Of a stretch of 64,000 nucleotides of DNA, positions 45,364-53,808 are shown piece after piece (the stretch's first letter is position 1; the number at the start of each line of letters is the position of its first letter). The DNA comes from an uncultured bacterium. Its GTDB lineage: Bacteria > Omnitrophota > Omnitrophia > Omnitrophales > Aquincolibacteriaceae. The DNA is taken from assembly GCA_964482725.1 (NCBI GenBank), contig CAYZYT010000003.1, positions 49,252-113,251 of the forward strand, read 5' to 3'. A program made the translations under genes and the position numbers. The notes under the pieces are model-generated. The model worked only from the letters and a program-made list of their open reading frames with translations. It had not been told where the DNA came from and ran no database searches.

Positions 45364-46163
45364 CGGCACTTCAGGAATTCTACGGATACAGGACCCAGCC
45401 TTTCAATATCACCACGAACGCGGAACTCTTCTTTCAAGGTTCATCCCATCAGGAGGCGCTTGCCTCGTTGATGTATGGTATTGAAGAACGCAAGGGGCTG
45501 ATCCTGATCACCGGGGAAGTGGGGACGGGGAAGACCACGCTTTGTAAAGCGCTGCTGGAACGGTTGCCGCAGTCGGTGAGGACTTCCTTCATCATGAGCC
45601 CGTATTTTAGCGATATTCAGCTTCTGCAGGCGATCGTGGAAGATTTTGGCCTTGAGCCAGAGAAAAAGACGCGCTTGGACATTATTAAGAAACTGGACGC
45701 TTTTTTGATCGATCTCAGTCTGAATCAGGGGAATGCGGTATTGATCATCGATGAAGCTCAAAACCTCAAGGCCCGGCAGCTCGAGCAGGTCCGGCTTCTT
45801 TCGAATCTTGAGACGAAGCACGGGAAGCTCCTCCAGATCGTGCTTGTGGGGCAGCCGGAGCTTAAGGAGCATCTCGAACGCTATGATCTGAGGCAGCTTT
45901 ATCAGAGGATCGTGATCAAATATGAGCTGCGTCCTCTGGAGTTTGCGGATGTGAAAGCCTATGTGGATTTCCGGATTGAGCATTCGGGAATGACCGGTCT
46001 CTTTATCCCCCCCGAAGGATATCGTATGATCCATGAGTTCTCAAAGGGGATCCCGCGGCTTGTGAATCTTCTGTGCGATCGGGCGCTCTTACTCGGATTT
46101 GTTCGGAAAGAAAAAGTTTTGGGGACGGATGTTTTTGTCGCTGCGATGGAAGAGATCCGATGA
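45360..46163 (+). CDS. ExeA/GspA-like AAA ATPase (MshM-like)
   Basis: It has Walker A GEVGTGKTTLCKAL and Walker B VLIIDEAQNL. It is co-oriented with the secretin and overlaps it by 4 nt. Confidence 0.8.
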   Translation: MTALQEFYGYRTQPFNITTNAELFFQGSSHQEALASLMYGIEERKGLILITGEVGTGKTTLCKALLERLPQSVRTSFIMSPYFSDIQLLQAIVEDFGLEPEKKTRLDIIKKLDAFLIDLSLNQGNAVLIIDEAQNLKARQLEQVRLLSNLETKHGKLLQIVLVGQPELKEHLERYDLRQLYQRIVIKYELRPLEFADVKAYVDFRIEHSGMTGLFIPPEGYRMIHEFSKGIPRLVNLLCDRALLLGFVRKEKVLGTDVFVAAMEEIR

Positions 46164-46600
46164 GCATTGTTTACGATTATCTGAAGCAGATCCAGGCGAA
46201 AAAGCCTTTGGAAAAGGTGACTCCGGAGGTTCTTTCGTCGGTTCCTTCTCCGGTCAAGAAAAAGGCCGGATCTCCACTCGGGATGAAAATTGGAGTTGGG
46301 GTTTTGGGGTGTCTTTTGCTGGCTTCTGGCCTGTATTTTTTTCTTCCGAAGGGCGAAAAGACCACGATCAAGGTTTACCAGGCTCCGGAAAAGCCCAAGG
46401 TGGCTCAGTCCGAGAATCCTGGCGAGGGTTGTATCCTCGAAGGGATCATTTACAATCCTTCCCGGCCCTTTGCGATCATTAATGGCAAAATGCTTGAGGT
46501 GGGTGGGCGGATCGGTGATTTTGAAGCCACGCAGATAACGGCTGATTCCGTGTCGCTCAAGAACTTAAAAGACGGTTCTTCCCGCACCATCCGATTGTAA
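46160..46600 (+). CDS. Bitopic membrane protein, GspB/PilP-like partner of the ExeA-like ATPase
   Basis: It overlaps the upstream gene (ATGA). It has a TM helix (IGVGVLGCLLLASGLYFFL) and a C-terminal beta domain (FAIINGKMLEVGGRIGDFEATQI). Confidence 0.4.
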   Translation: MSIVYDYLKQIQAKKPLEKVTPEVLSSVPSPVKKKAGSPLGMKIGVGVLGCLLLASGLYFFLPKGEKTTIKVYQAPEKPKVAQSENPGEGCILEGIIYNPSRPFAIINGKMLEVGGRIGDFEATQITADSVSLKNLKDGSSRTIRL

Positions 46601-46770
46601 CTTCTCGTTTGCTCTGTCGTGCTTTTGTCTTCACCCGGGCCAGCTTCTAGGAAGTGTCCAGACAGGCAGCTTTCTTTGTAGCGTCGAGCGTCATGATATG
46701 CTTCGCTTGCCATTTTCAATTCATCCATTTTCCTTAATGCTTCTGGGTGATAAAATAACGGAGGTGGAGG

Positions 46771-47658
46771 ATGCCCGCATCGTCCGGGATTCAAACTGCA
46801 GCGCAAAACTTTCTTAGGGGGGAATTTATGGAAAAAGAGATCACAGCGGTACAGAAGGCCATCGATAAGCTTATTGAATTCGGGACAGAATACGGTCTGC
46901 AAGTCATTGGCGCTATTCTTGTTCTTATTATCGGAAACCTCGTCGGGAATTGGGTCAAGGGGATCATCCTCCAGCTTTGTGAGAAGAAGAAGATCGACAT
47001 CACCTTGTCCCGGTTTATCGCATCTTGCGTGAAGATCGCGATCCTTGCCTTTGCCGTTATTATCGCGCTCGGGAAATTCGGCATTACGATCGCCCCTTTT
47101 ATTGCTGTGATCGGTGCTGGAGCCTTTGGCGCAAGTATGGCGTTGCAGGGACCTCTCTCCAATTATGGCGCGGGAATCTCGATCATCCTGGGCCATCCGT
47201 TCGTGGTGGGAGACACCATCGTGGTGACCGGCCAGAGTGGAGTAGTCCATGAAGTGACGCTCTCTTCGACGATCCTTACGGATGAGGATGGCGTGAAGAT
47301 CACGATCCCGAACAAGAGTATCGTGGGGGAGATCATCCACAATTCCTTCAAGTATAAGATCGTGGAAAACAAGGTAGGCATCAGCTGCTCGGATGATCCT
47401 GAAAAGGCCATTCATGTGATCCAAAAGACGATCGCAGGGTTTAAAGAGGTGGCCGAGACGCCTAAGCCCCAGGTAGGTCTCCAGGAGTTTGGAGATTCTT
47501 CACTTAACATCGGTTGCCGTTACTGGATCCCGACCACGAAATATTTCCAGACCCTTTGTGCGATCAATCTTGCCATCCATAAAGCGCTTAACGCGGCTCA
47601 AATGACGATGCCTTACCCGCGACAGGATGTTCACATTATTTCAGGGAAGATTTCCTGA
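46771..47658 (+). CDS. mscS: Small-conductance mechanosensitive channel (MscS family)
   Basis: A GGAGGTGGAGG RBS precedes the start. It has 3 TM helices and a conserved pore-helix region (IAPFIAVIGAGAFGASMALQGPLSNYGAGISIILGHPFVVGDTIVV). Confidence 0.8.
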   Translation: MPASSGIQTAAQNFLRGEFMEKEITAVQKAIDKLIEFGTEYGLQVIGAILVLIIGNLVGNWVKGIILQLCEKKKIDITLSRFIASCVKIAILAFAVIIALGKFGITIAPFIAVIGAGAFGASMALQGPLSNYGAGISIILGHPFVVGDTIVVTGQSGVVHEVTLSSTILTDEDGVKITIPNKSIVGEIIHNSFKYKIVENKVGISCSDDPEKAIHVIQKTIAGFKEVAETPKPQVGLQEFGDSSLNIGCRYWIPTTKYFQTLCAINLAIHKALNAAQMTMPYPRQDVHIISGKIS

Positions 47659-47686
47659 AGAACCGGACGAAAGGCTTTTGACCTTC

Positions 47687-47765
47687 CGTCATTTTGATCC
47701 TGAGCGTGGTGGGAGAGCCTCTCCGCTGGGATCCTTCGCGGGGCTCAGGATGACGAGGGTTTCGT
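47687..47765. repeat. MITE-like nested palindrome element, copy E4 of the GTCATYC...GRATGAC family
   Basis: It reads cgtcattttgatcctgagcg ... ggatccttcgcggggctcaggatgacg. Confidence 0.5.
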
Positions 47766-47828
47766 TAGAAGTTCTTCGCGTTCTTGCTTAACGCATCGAT
47801 GATGAAATGATCCAGGCGGCAGGAGCAC

Positions 47829-50093
47829 ATGAAAAAAATCCTAGGGCTTTCTTTTGGCATTCTGGGTTTCTCGTCGCTTATTTCCCAGGTGGTGGTAATC
47901 CGGGAACTGGCGATGAGTTTTTATGCCAATGAGTTTTTTATCGGCTGGGTTCTCTTTTGCTGGCTTCTTGGCACTGCGTTGGGGAGCGTGCTTGGCTCAA
48001 GGCTTTCTCGCGATGCAAAAAGTGCGTTTCGTATGCTGGGGATCTGTCATGTTCTCGTGGCCGTTCTTTTTCCCATAACGATCACCCTTATACGCTCCGG
48101 CAAGCTTATCCTTGGGACTCCCCCCGGAGCGCTGCCGGGATTTCTCCCTTCGCTCTTTTTTTCGCTTGCGGTCCTTGTGCCCCTCTGTGGGGTACTCGGC
48201 ATGCAATTCGCTATTGCGGCAAGAGCCCAGCGGGCACAACCTTGGGAGGGGGAACAGGGGCCGGAGGTGGGGTGGGCCTATCTTTGGGAATGTCTTGGAT
48301 TCATCGCGGGCGGGGCGGTTTTTAGTCTCGTCCTTGTTTTTGCCAATGAATTTCGCGTTGCGGCGATCCTTGCGATTCTAAATCTTGCGGTGGCTTGTGG
48401 AATTTCCAGGTTGGTTTTTGAAAAGACAAAAAAGGGTGGGTGGCTCCTGGCCCTTGTCGCAATCCTCTTTTCGGCATGGTTTTTTATAAGCAGTTCTTTT
48501 TTACAGCAAGAAACGTCCCAGAGACGGTTTCCGAATGAAACGCTCCTCCGAACCGAAAATACTGTTCATGGCAATGTGTCTGTCACGCGACTAGGGTCGC
48601 AGTATAATTTTTATCAGAGCGGGCTGCTTTTAGGGGCCGCTCGGGAGGATCTTGCCAGTGAATATCTTATCCATTTCCCGATGCTTTCGCATCCGGCCCC
48701 TCAAAAAGTCCTGCTCCTCGGGACCGGGTTCAATGGCCCCTTACAGCAGATCTTAAGGCATGGCCCCCAAGAAGTTCGTGCAGTCGAACTGGATCCCGAA
48801 TTTTTAAAGATCGCGCGAGAATTTCTTCCGGAGGATCTCCAGGCGACTCTACGCGATCCCCGGGTACGGCTTGAGGCCGCGGATCCGAGGGGGTTCCTCA
48901 GGGAAGAAGGAGAGAAGTTCGATGTGATCATCGCCAATTTTCCGGATCCGGCTTCGGTCCTTATTAATCGCAATTATACAGAACAGTTCTTTCGTTCGAT
49001 TCGTGACCGTCTCTCTGCCGGCGGCGTGTTTGCGACCCACATTACGTTTGCGGCGAATACTCTAACGCCGGAGCTGGAGCGTCTCGGCAGTTCGGTTTAT
49101 GCAACGCTCAATCAGGTTTTTCCTTCCGTTCAGGTCCTCCCGGAGGACACACTTTTTTTTCTGGCTTCGGCGGGCGGAGCCTCGAGTTTTGGGCCTCAGG
49201 AAATGATCGACCGGCTTTCCAAGCGGAAAATCAATCCGGATTATGTGACGCCGGATCAGATCCGAGACCGTCTTACGAACGACCGTGTGGAGCGGGTTAC
49301 GACGGCTTTTCGTAATTCGATATGGAAAACGAAGAACACGGACCTTCGGCCGAGGACCTGCTATTTTATGTTCTTGCGGTGGCTCAGTCAGTTCGATCCC
49401 AGGATCACAAAAGCATTCTTTTTTTGGGCCACCGTCCCTTTCCCGGTTATTCTGGCGGTGGGTTTATGCGGGGTTCTTTTGTTCGGTATTTTTTCTAAGG
49501 AACCCGAAGCGCGGATGCAGAAGCTTGCGCATGTCAGTATGGGGACCGTCGGATTTTCACTGATGGCTTTTGAGATCGTGGTGATTTATCTTTTTCAGGC
49601 GGTTTTTGGGAATCTTTATTACTGGCTTGCCGGGGTGATCACGACGTTTATGGCGGGACTGGGCGTGGGAGCCTTGGCGGCGCTAGGCTTGAAAAAGATC
49701 CCTGAGCGATTTGCGCTTGCAGGCCTTCATGGGGTCAATGCGGTGTTTTTCTTTTTACTGATCAAGGTTTTCGAACGGATCTTTTCGAAGGGGATTTTCC
49801 CTGGAGAGGAATATCAGGCCGTTTTCTTAGCCATGGCGCTTTTAGGCGGACTTACCGCCGGGGCGGCTTTTCCATTTGCGAATCGGCTTTATCTCAACCG
49901 GGGAAGAGGGGATCGTCTTGGGAGTGTTTATGCGGCAGATCTTTGGGGGGCGGCGCTGGGGGCTCTTTTGACCGCCGGATTTCTTATCCCGATATGGGGA
50001 ATTCCGCAAACGCTGATACTTCTGGGCGCGTTGAACGTCCTTCTAGTGGCGCTTCTCCTTTTCCGAAAAGACATCGGCCGTAAACACCTGTAG
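47829..50093 (+). CDS. Polytopic membrane protein with an embedded spermidine-synthase-like (aminopropyltransferase fold) domain
   Basis: 754 aa. It has about 7 N-terminal TM helices, then a PABS-like domain (VLLLGTGFNGP...VRAVELDPEFLKIAREFLP...FDVIIANFPDP), then about 5 C-terminal TM helices. Confidence 0.65.
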   Translation: MKKILGLSFGILGFSSLISQVVVIRELAMSFYANEFFIGWVLFCWLLGTALGSVLGSRLSRDAKSAFRMLGICHVLVAVLFPITITLIRSGKLILGTPPGALPGFLPSLFFSLAVLVPLCGVLGMQFAIAARAQRAQPWEGEQGPEVGWAYLWECLGFIAGGAVFSLVLVFANEFRVAAILAILNLAVACGISRLVFEKTKKGGWLLALVAILFSAWFFISSSFLQQETSQRRFPNETLLRTENTVHGNVSVTRLGSQYNFYQSGLLLGAAREDLASEYLIHFPMLSHPAPQKVLLLGTGFNGPLQQILRHGPQEVRAVELDPEFLKIAREFLPEDLQATLRDPRVRLEAADPRGFLREEGEKFDVIIANFPDPASVLINRNYTEQFFRSIRDRLSAGGVFATHITFAANTLTPELERLGSSVYATLNQVFPSVQVLPEDTLFFLASAGGASSFGPQEMIDRLSKRKINPDYVTPDQIRDRLTNDRVERVTTAFRNSIWKTKNTDLRPRTCYFMFLRWLSQFDPRITKAFFFWATVPFPVILAVGLCGVLLFGIFSKEPEARMQKLAHVSMGTVGFSLMAFEIVVIYLFQAVFGNLYYWLAGVITTFMAGLGVGALAALGLKKIPERFALAGLHGVNAVFFFLLIKVFERIFSKGIFPGEEYQAVFLAMALLGGLTAGAAFPFANRLYLNRGRGDRLGSVYAADLWGAALGALLTAGFLIPIWGIPQTLILLGALNVLLVALLLFRKDIGRKHL

Positions 50094-51578
50094 GTTCACT
50101 TTCGGATCTTTCCAACAGTCTCGGGGCAATCCGGCTTTCTGGGAACAAAGCTCGCTCAAGAACTCCTCCTTGCTCCATCCCGTTTCAGTGGCGACTTGTG
50201 GCAGAAAAACCCCGTGATGAAAATCTTTAGAAATTTGAACGCCGTGTTTCCCTAGCTCGATCTCTTGGGCCGTCTCCACTCTTCTGAGCGGGCTCAGGAC
50301 CGAGATCTCGTATTCCAGTTTCCCTAGTTCGTCCGCCGTGACAGGCCTGAAGCGCGGATCCTGAGAAGCGGCGGAAATGGCCATTTGCTGGATGATCTTG
50401 AAAAGAGGCTCCGAGGGCTCGAAGCGGCCGATACACCCGCGAAGCTGGCCATTTTCTTTCAGGGTTACAAATGCACCGAGCCGTGCTGTCAGCGCCGGGG
50501 ATGATGGAGAAAATTCCTGGGTTTTTCCAGTTTGGACGTAACTTTCCACGGTGGCGCGCGCGATCTTCAGAAGTTCTGCCTGGTCCTGCGCGGTCATCCC
50601 TTTTTCATCTGCCCTGGGTGAAAGCGGCTTTGTGCCGGGTTTTGAGGGAAAAGCGACCGCGCCGTAACCGACGACGCGGTTTTTGTCTCCTGCCGGAGAG
50701 TCCCCCGAGTTAGCATATTTTAAAAGAACCGGAGCGGGATCCCCGGCGGCTTTTGCCAGCAGCAGAGCCGTCCGGACTCCGCTGGGGCTACAAAGAAAAG
50801 TTTCGGCTTGCGGGATGCGTTCGGAAGCCAGGGTGTTCAGGATCGCGTTCAGATTCTCCGTTTTTCCGGTCAGGATGGCCTCTAGGACTTTCTTGTCCCC
50901 TTCAGAGGCTTCAGTGTAGGCCGGATAGTGCGACATGTCCGTGCTTGCGACGAGTACTGTTTTTTCATCCATAAGCGACGGGAGGATCGCCGCGAGTTTT
51001 TCTGCGAGTTCCGGGGAATCGCCGCTAAAAAGGATAGGCACGATCTTGAAATCTTTCAGGACGCGTTGGAGGAACGGAAGTTGTACCTCGAGCACGTGAT
51101 CGCCTTCGTAGATGTCCGGACGGTCGACGATGGCGGGGTCTGCGGCAAGGAGTTTTGAAGTGATCGCTTCATCCACGGGGACAAGACCGAGAGGCGTTTC
51201 AAAGGCGCCTCGGGCGTAGATCGCGATGCCGTCGAAAGAATGACGGTGGCTGTTCCCGATCAGGATGACCGTACGGATGTCCCGGTCTTGGAGCACTTTA
51301 TAGGCGTATGCGGCGACCGGTCCCGAATAAACATAACCAGCATGCGGGACCATGATCGCGCGGATCGGTTCCTTGATCTTGGGTGGATCGGCCTGGCGAA
51401 GGAGGGCATCCACGTATGGCTCAAGGGTTGCTTTGTCTCCCGGATAAAATCCTCCGGCCACAGCGGCTTTCCGGATGTTGTTTCCTGGGGCCTCTTTTTT
51501 TTCTCCGGACAAGCTGAACGTAAAGGCTAGGGAAAGAATAGCGAATAGGAGAACATGGACGCTTTTCTTTTTTGTCAT
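50043..51578 (-). CDS. AmmeMemoRadiSam system fused protein: Memo-like (protein B) N-terminal domain plus AMMECR1 (protein A) C-terminal domain, with an N-terminal hydrophobic leader
   Basis: The Memo motifs are AGGFYPGD and MVPHAGYVYSG, and the AMMECR1 motif is LRGCIGRFEP. The start was chosen at MTKKKSVHVLLFAILSLAFTF; the ORF extends further upstream only by reading through repeat E5. It is adjacent to the partner radical SAM gene. Confidence 0.75.
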   Translation of the reverse strand: MTKKKSVHVLLFAILSLAFTFSLSGEKKEAPGNNIRKAAVAGGFYPGDKATLEPYVDALLRQADPPKIKEPIRAIMVPHAGYVYSGPVAAYAYKVLQDRDIRTVILIGNSHRHSFDGIAIYARGAFETPLGLVPVDEAITSKLLAADPAIVDRPDIYEGDHVLEVQLPFLQRVLKDFKIVPILFSGDSPELAEKLAAILPSLMDEKTVLVASTDMSHYPAYTEASEGDKKVLEAILTGKTENLNAILNTLASERIPQAETFLCSPSGVRTALLLAKAAGDPAPVLLKYANSGDSPAGDKNRVVGYGAVAFPSKPGTKPLSPRADEKGMTAQDQAELLKIARATVESYVQTGKTQEFSPSSPALTARLGAFVTLKENGQLRGCIGRFEPSEPLFKIIQQMAISAASQDPRFRPVTADELGKLEYEISVLSPLRRVETAQEIELGKHGVQISKDFHHGVFLPQVATETGWSKEEFLSELCSQKAGLPRDCWKDPKVNLQVFTADVFSEKEKRH

Positions 51579-51637
51579 TCCCGCGAAAGCGGGAATCCAG
51601 GCGTATGGATCCCCGATAGAAGCCTTCGGGGATGACA
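51574..51637. repeat. MITE-like palindrome element, copy E5 of the GTCATYC...GRATGAC family
   Basis: It reads gtcattcccgcgaaagcgggaatccagg ... gatccccgatagaagccttcggggatgacag. The Memo-fusion ATG (minus strand, 51576-51578) lies inside its first arm. Confidence 0.5.
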
Positions 51638-51669
51638 GCAAGGATTTATTAAGATTTGAAATTTTAGAT

Positions 51670-52824
51670 CTATTTCCAAACGCCGGGGATTTTTTCTCCA
51701 TCGGGGCAGGCTCCCTCTTTAAGGTTGTTAGCGATAATAAAATAGCCTTGGCGGACGATCGCTTTTTCTTTTGAGCTTGGGCACCAGGTCGTCTCACCCT
51801 CAGGGTAAGCAATGTTTCCGATATAAACGTATTTTAGGCCTTCTTCCATCGCGATCTGCCGGGCGCGAACCAGCGTTTCAGGCGGCGTGGGCGGCATGTT
51901 CTTTAATTTGTATTGCGGAAAGAAACGGCTGAAGTGGAGCGGCACGTTGTCGCCCAGATTCTCATGGATCCAACGGGCCAAGGCGCGGAGTTCGTCCTCA
52001 CTGTCATTTTCACCCGGAATAAGAAGCGTCACGATCTCAAGCCAGACGCCGCTTTCTTGGATGATCTTCAGGCTTTTTAAAATAGATCCCAGACGACCCC
52101 CGGTGAATTCGCGGTAAAACTTTTCGTTAAATGCCTTCAGGTCAACCTTGTAGGCATCGATCGTTTTCAGGAGTTCCTTCAGAGGTTCTTCTTCGATATA
52201 ACCATTCGAAATGACCACGGTCCTGAGACCTCTGGCTTTGGCGAGTTTTGCGGTCTCAAGCATGAACTCATAGTTGATCACAGGCTCGTTGTAGGTGAAA
52301 GCGATGGATCTTGAGCCGGTTTCCAGGGCCTTGGCCACCACTTGCTCCGGGGTTGCGAGCTCCACCGGGGCGTCTTTGGGAAAACATTGTGAGATCTCCC
52401 AGTTTTGGCAAAAAAGGCAGCTCATATTGCATCCTGTGGAAGCGATCGAAAAGGCCTTGCTCCCCGGCAGGACATGAAAGAAAGGTTTTTTCTCGATCGG
52501 GTCGACATGCACGCTGGCGATCTTGCCGTAAACCATGGAATAGAGTTTCCCCTGGATATTTCTTCGAGCCTTGCAAAGGCCCCACTCCCCGGCGGAAAGC
52601 ACGCATCGACTTGGACAGAGGGAGCACTTGACCATGCGATTGGCGAGTGGCTCGTAGTAGCGGGCCTCATGGGCATTCGCCATGTCTTCCATTTCTGAGC
52701 GAACGGCCTTTTCGCGTTGGTAGACAAAAAAAAGCGCGGTTCCCACCACCAGGACAAGAAAAAAAAGTCCCAAGGATCTTCGGAACAGGGCTGTTGGGCT
52801 CATCGGAAATGTAACCAGAAACAA
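51670..52824 (-). CDS. AmmeMemoRadiSam system radical SAM enzyme
   Basis: It has the N-terminal CxLCPxxC motif (VKCSLCPSRCVLSAGEWGLCKARRN) and the radical SAM CxxxCxxC motif (CNMSCLFCQNW). It may start at the internal Met 45 (MEDMANAHE...), which would drop the predicted N-terminal TM helix. Confidence 0.8.
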   Translation of the reverse strand: MFLVTFPMSPTALFRRSLGLFFLVLVVGTALFFVYQREKAVRSEMEDMANAHEARYYEPLANRMVKCSLCPSRCVLSAGEWGLCKARRNIQGKLYSMVYGKIASVHVDPIEKKPFFHVLPGSKAFSIASTGCNMSCLFCQNWEISQCFPKDAPVELATPEQVVAKALETGSRSIAFTYNEPVINYEFMLETAKLAKARGLRTVVISNGYIEEEPLKELLKTIDAYKVDLKAFNEKFYREFTGGRLGSILKSLKIIQESGVWLEIVTLLIPGENDSEDELRALARWIHENLGDNVPLHFSRFFPQYKLKNMPPTPPETLVRARQIAMEEGLKYVYIGNIAYPEGETTWCPSSKEKAIVRQGYFIIANNLKEGACPDGEKIPGVWK

Positions 52825-53105
52825 AGCGCCAGAAGGATCGCTCCGATCGTGTAAGCGTAAGCTGCGGATAGCTGCTCGCTTTTAGAAAGCTTCCACTGCA
52901 GGAACCTGGCACGGAGAGGGATCACGACATGGACCAAGAACAGGATGTACAGCAACAGGGGAAGGATGTTTTGATGGAGTTGCTTGGCCAGCTGCGGCTC
53001 CATGATGTTTTTGGTGATCCCCAGGCCCGTGAGGATAAAAAGTAACATGAGCACGGCCAGGACCCACCGGCCGGAACGGTCGATCGCGGTAAGAAAATTC
53101 AGCAT
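52800..53105 (-). CDS. Small hypothetical membrane protein (101 aa, 3 TM)
   Basis: The ORF has hydrophobic helices, lies in the same orientation as its neighbours, and overlaps the long form of the radical SAM ORF by 25 nt. Confidence 0.35.
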   Translation of the reverse strand: MLNFLTAIDRSGRWVLAVLMLLFILTGLGITKNIMEPQLAKQLHQNILPLLLYILFLVHVVIPLRARFLQWKLSKSEQLSAAYAYTIGAILLALCFWLHFR

Positions 53106-53124
53106 AAGTTTCGATCCTTTATTT

Positions 53125-53739
53125 TTACTTATTATGGAGAAGCGAATAAAATCCGTAAATAAGAAAAATGCCGCTGACCACGAAGCCGCTCACGCGGGCC
53201 ATGGCCCGGAATTCTTTTGCTTTGGAAGCGAGCCCTAAGAATACAAGCGGCAGGAAATACACAGAACTTGCGAGAAAGAAAAGCGCGAAGTAGATCGCGC
53301 CGTAAAGAGCGCTGTGCTGGGAGAACACATAAGTGACCGACAGAAGGAACGGCGGGCAAAGATTGATCCCCATAAAAAATCCCATGAGTACCGGACTGCG
53401 GCCCCTCAGGAATTTCGGGGGGGAACAGAAGTTTTTCTCGCGAGCAAGGCCCAAAAGATAAAAAAGAAGTATGAGCGAGAGTGCGATGAAGGAAATGTCC
53501 GTCGCGCGACGGAGCCACTCGGCCGCGAACTTTTCTCCGAGGTAGCCCGCCAGCCATCCAAAACAAAGATAGCCCGCAAGCCGTCCTGTCAGGAATTCAA
53601 GGAGGACAAGGAAGTTCTTTTTGGAGCTGCGCTCTTCTGCGCCAAAAATAACCCCCATGAATGGGAAACAATACATGAGGCAGAATGCCCCCACCGAGAG
53701 TCCGGCTAAAAGCGGTTGCAGGAACAGGGTGGTATTCAT
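53125..53739 (-). CDS. Polytopic membrane protein (TauE/SafE- or DsbD_2-like transporter family, tentative)
   Basis: It has about 6 TM helices. The start was chosen at MNTTLF, and the family assignment is weak. Confidence 0.4.
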   Translation of the reverse strand: MNTTLFLQPLLAGLSVGAFCLMYCFPFMGVIFGAEERSSKKNFLVLLEFLTGRLAGYLCFGWLAGYLGEKFAAEWLRRATDISFIALSLILLFYLLGLAREKNFCSPPKFLRGRSPVLMGFFMGINLCPPFLLSVTYVFSQHSALYGAIYFALFFLASSVYFLPLVFLGLASKAKEFRAMARVSGFVVSGIFLIYGFYSLLHNK

Positions 53740-53808
53740 CTTTTGGACTTTATCCTCCAGGACGTTATAATACCAAAATTCCAAGCGAGCTGTTCCTGAA
53801 TTTCAAGT

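Noticed and set aside
46450-47424. A 324-aa minus-strand ORF overlapping the MscS gene
   Set aside because: It lies opposite a well-supported MscS channel gene, and its His/Asp/Arg-rich translation is not protein-like.
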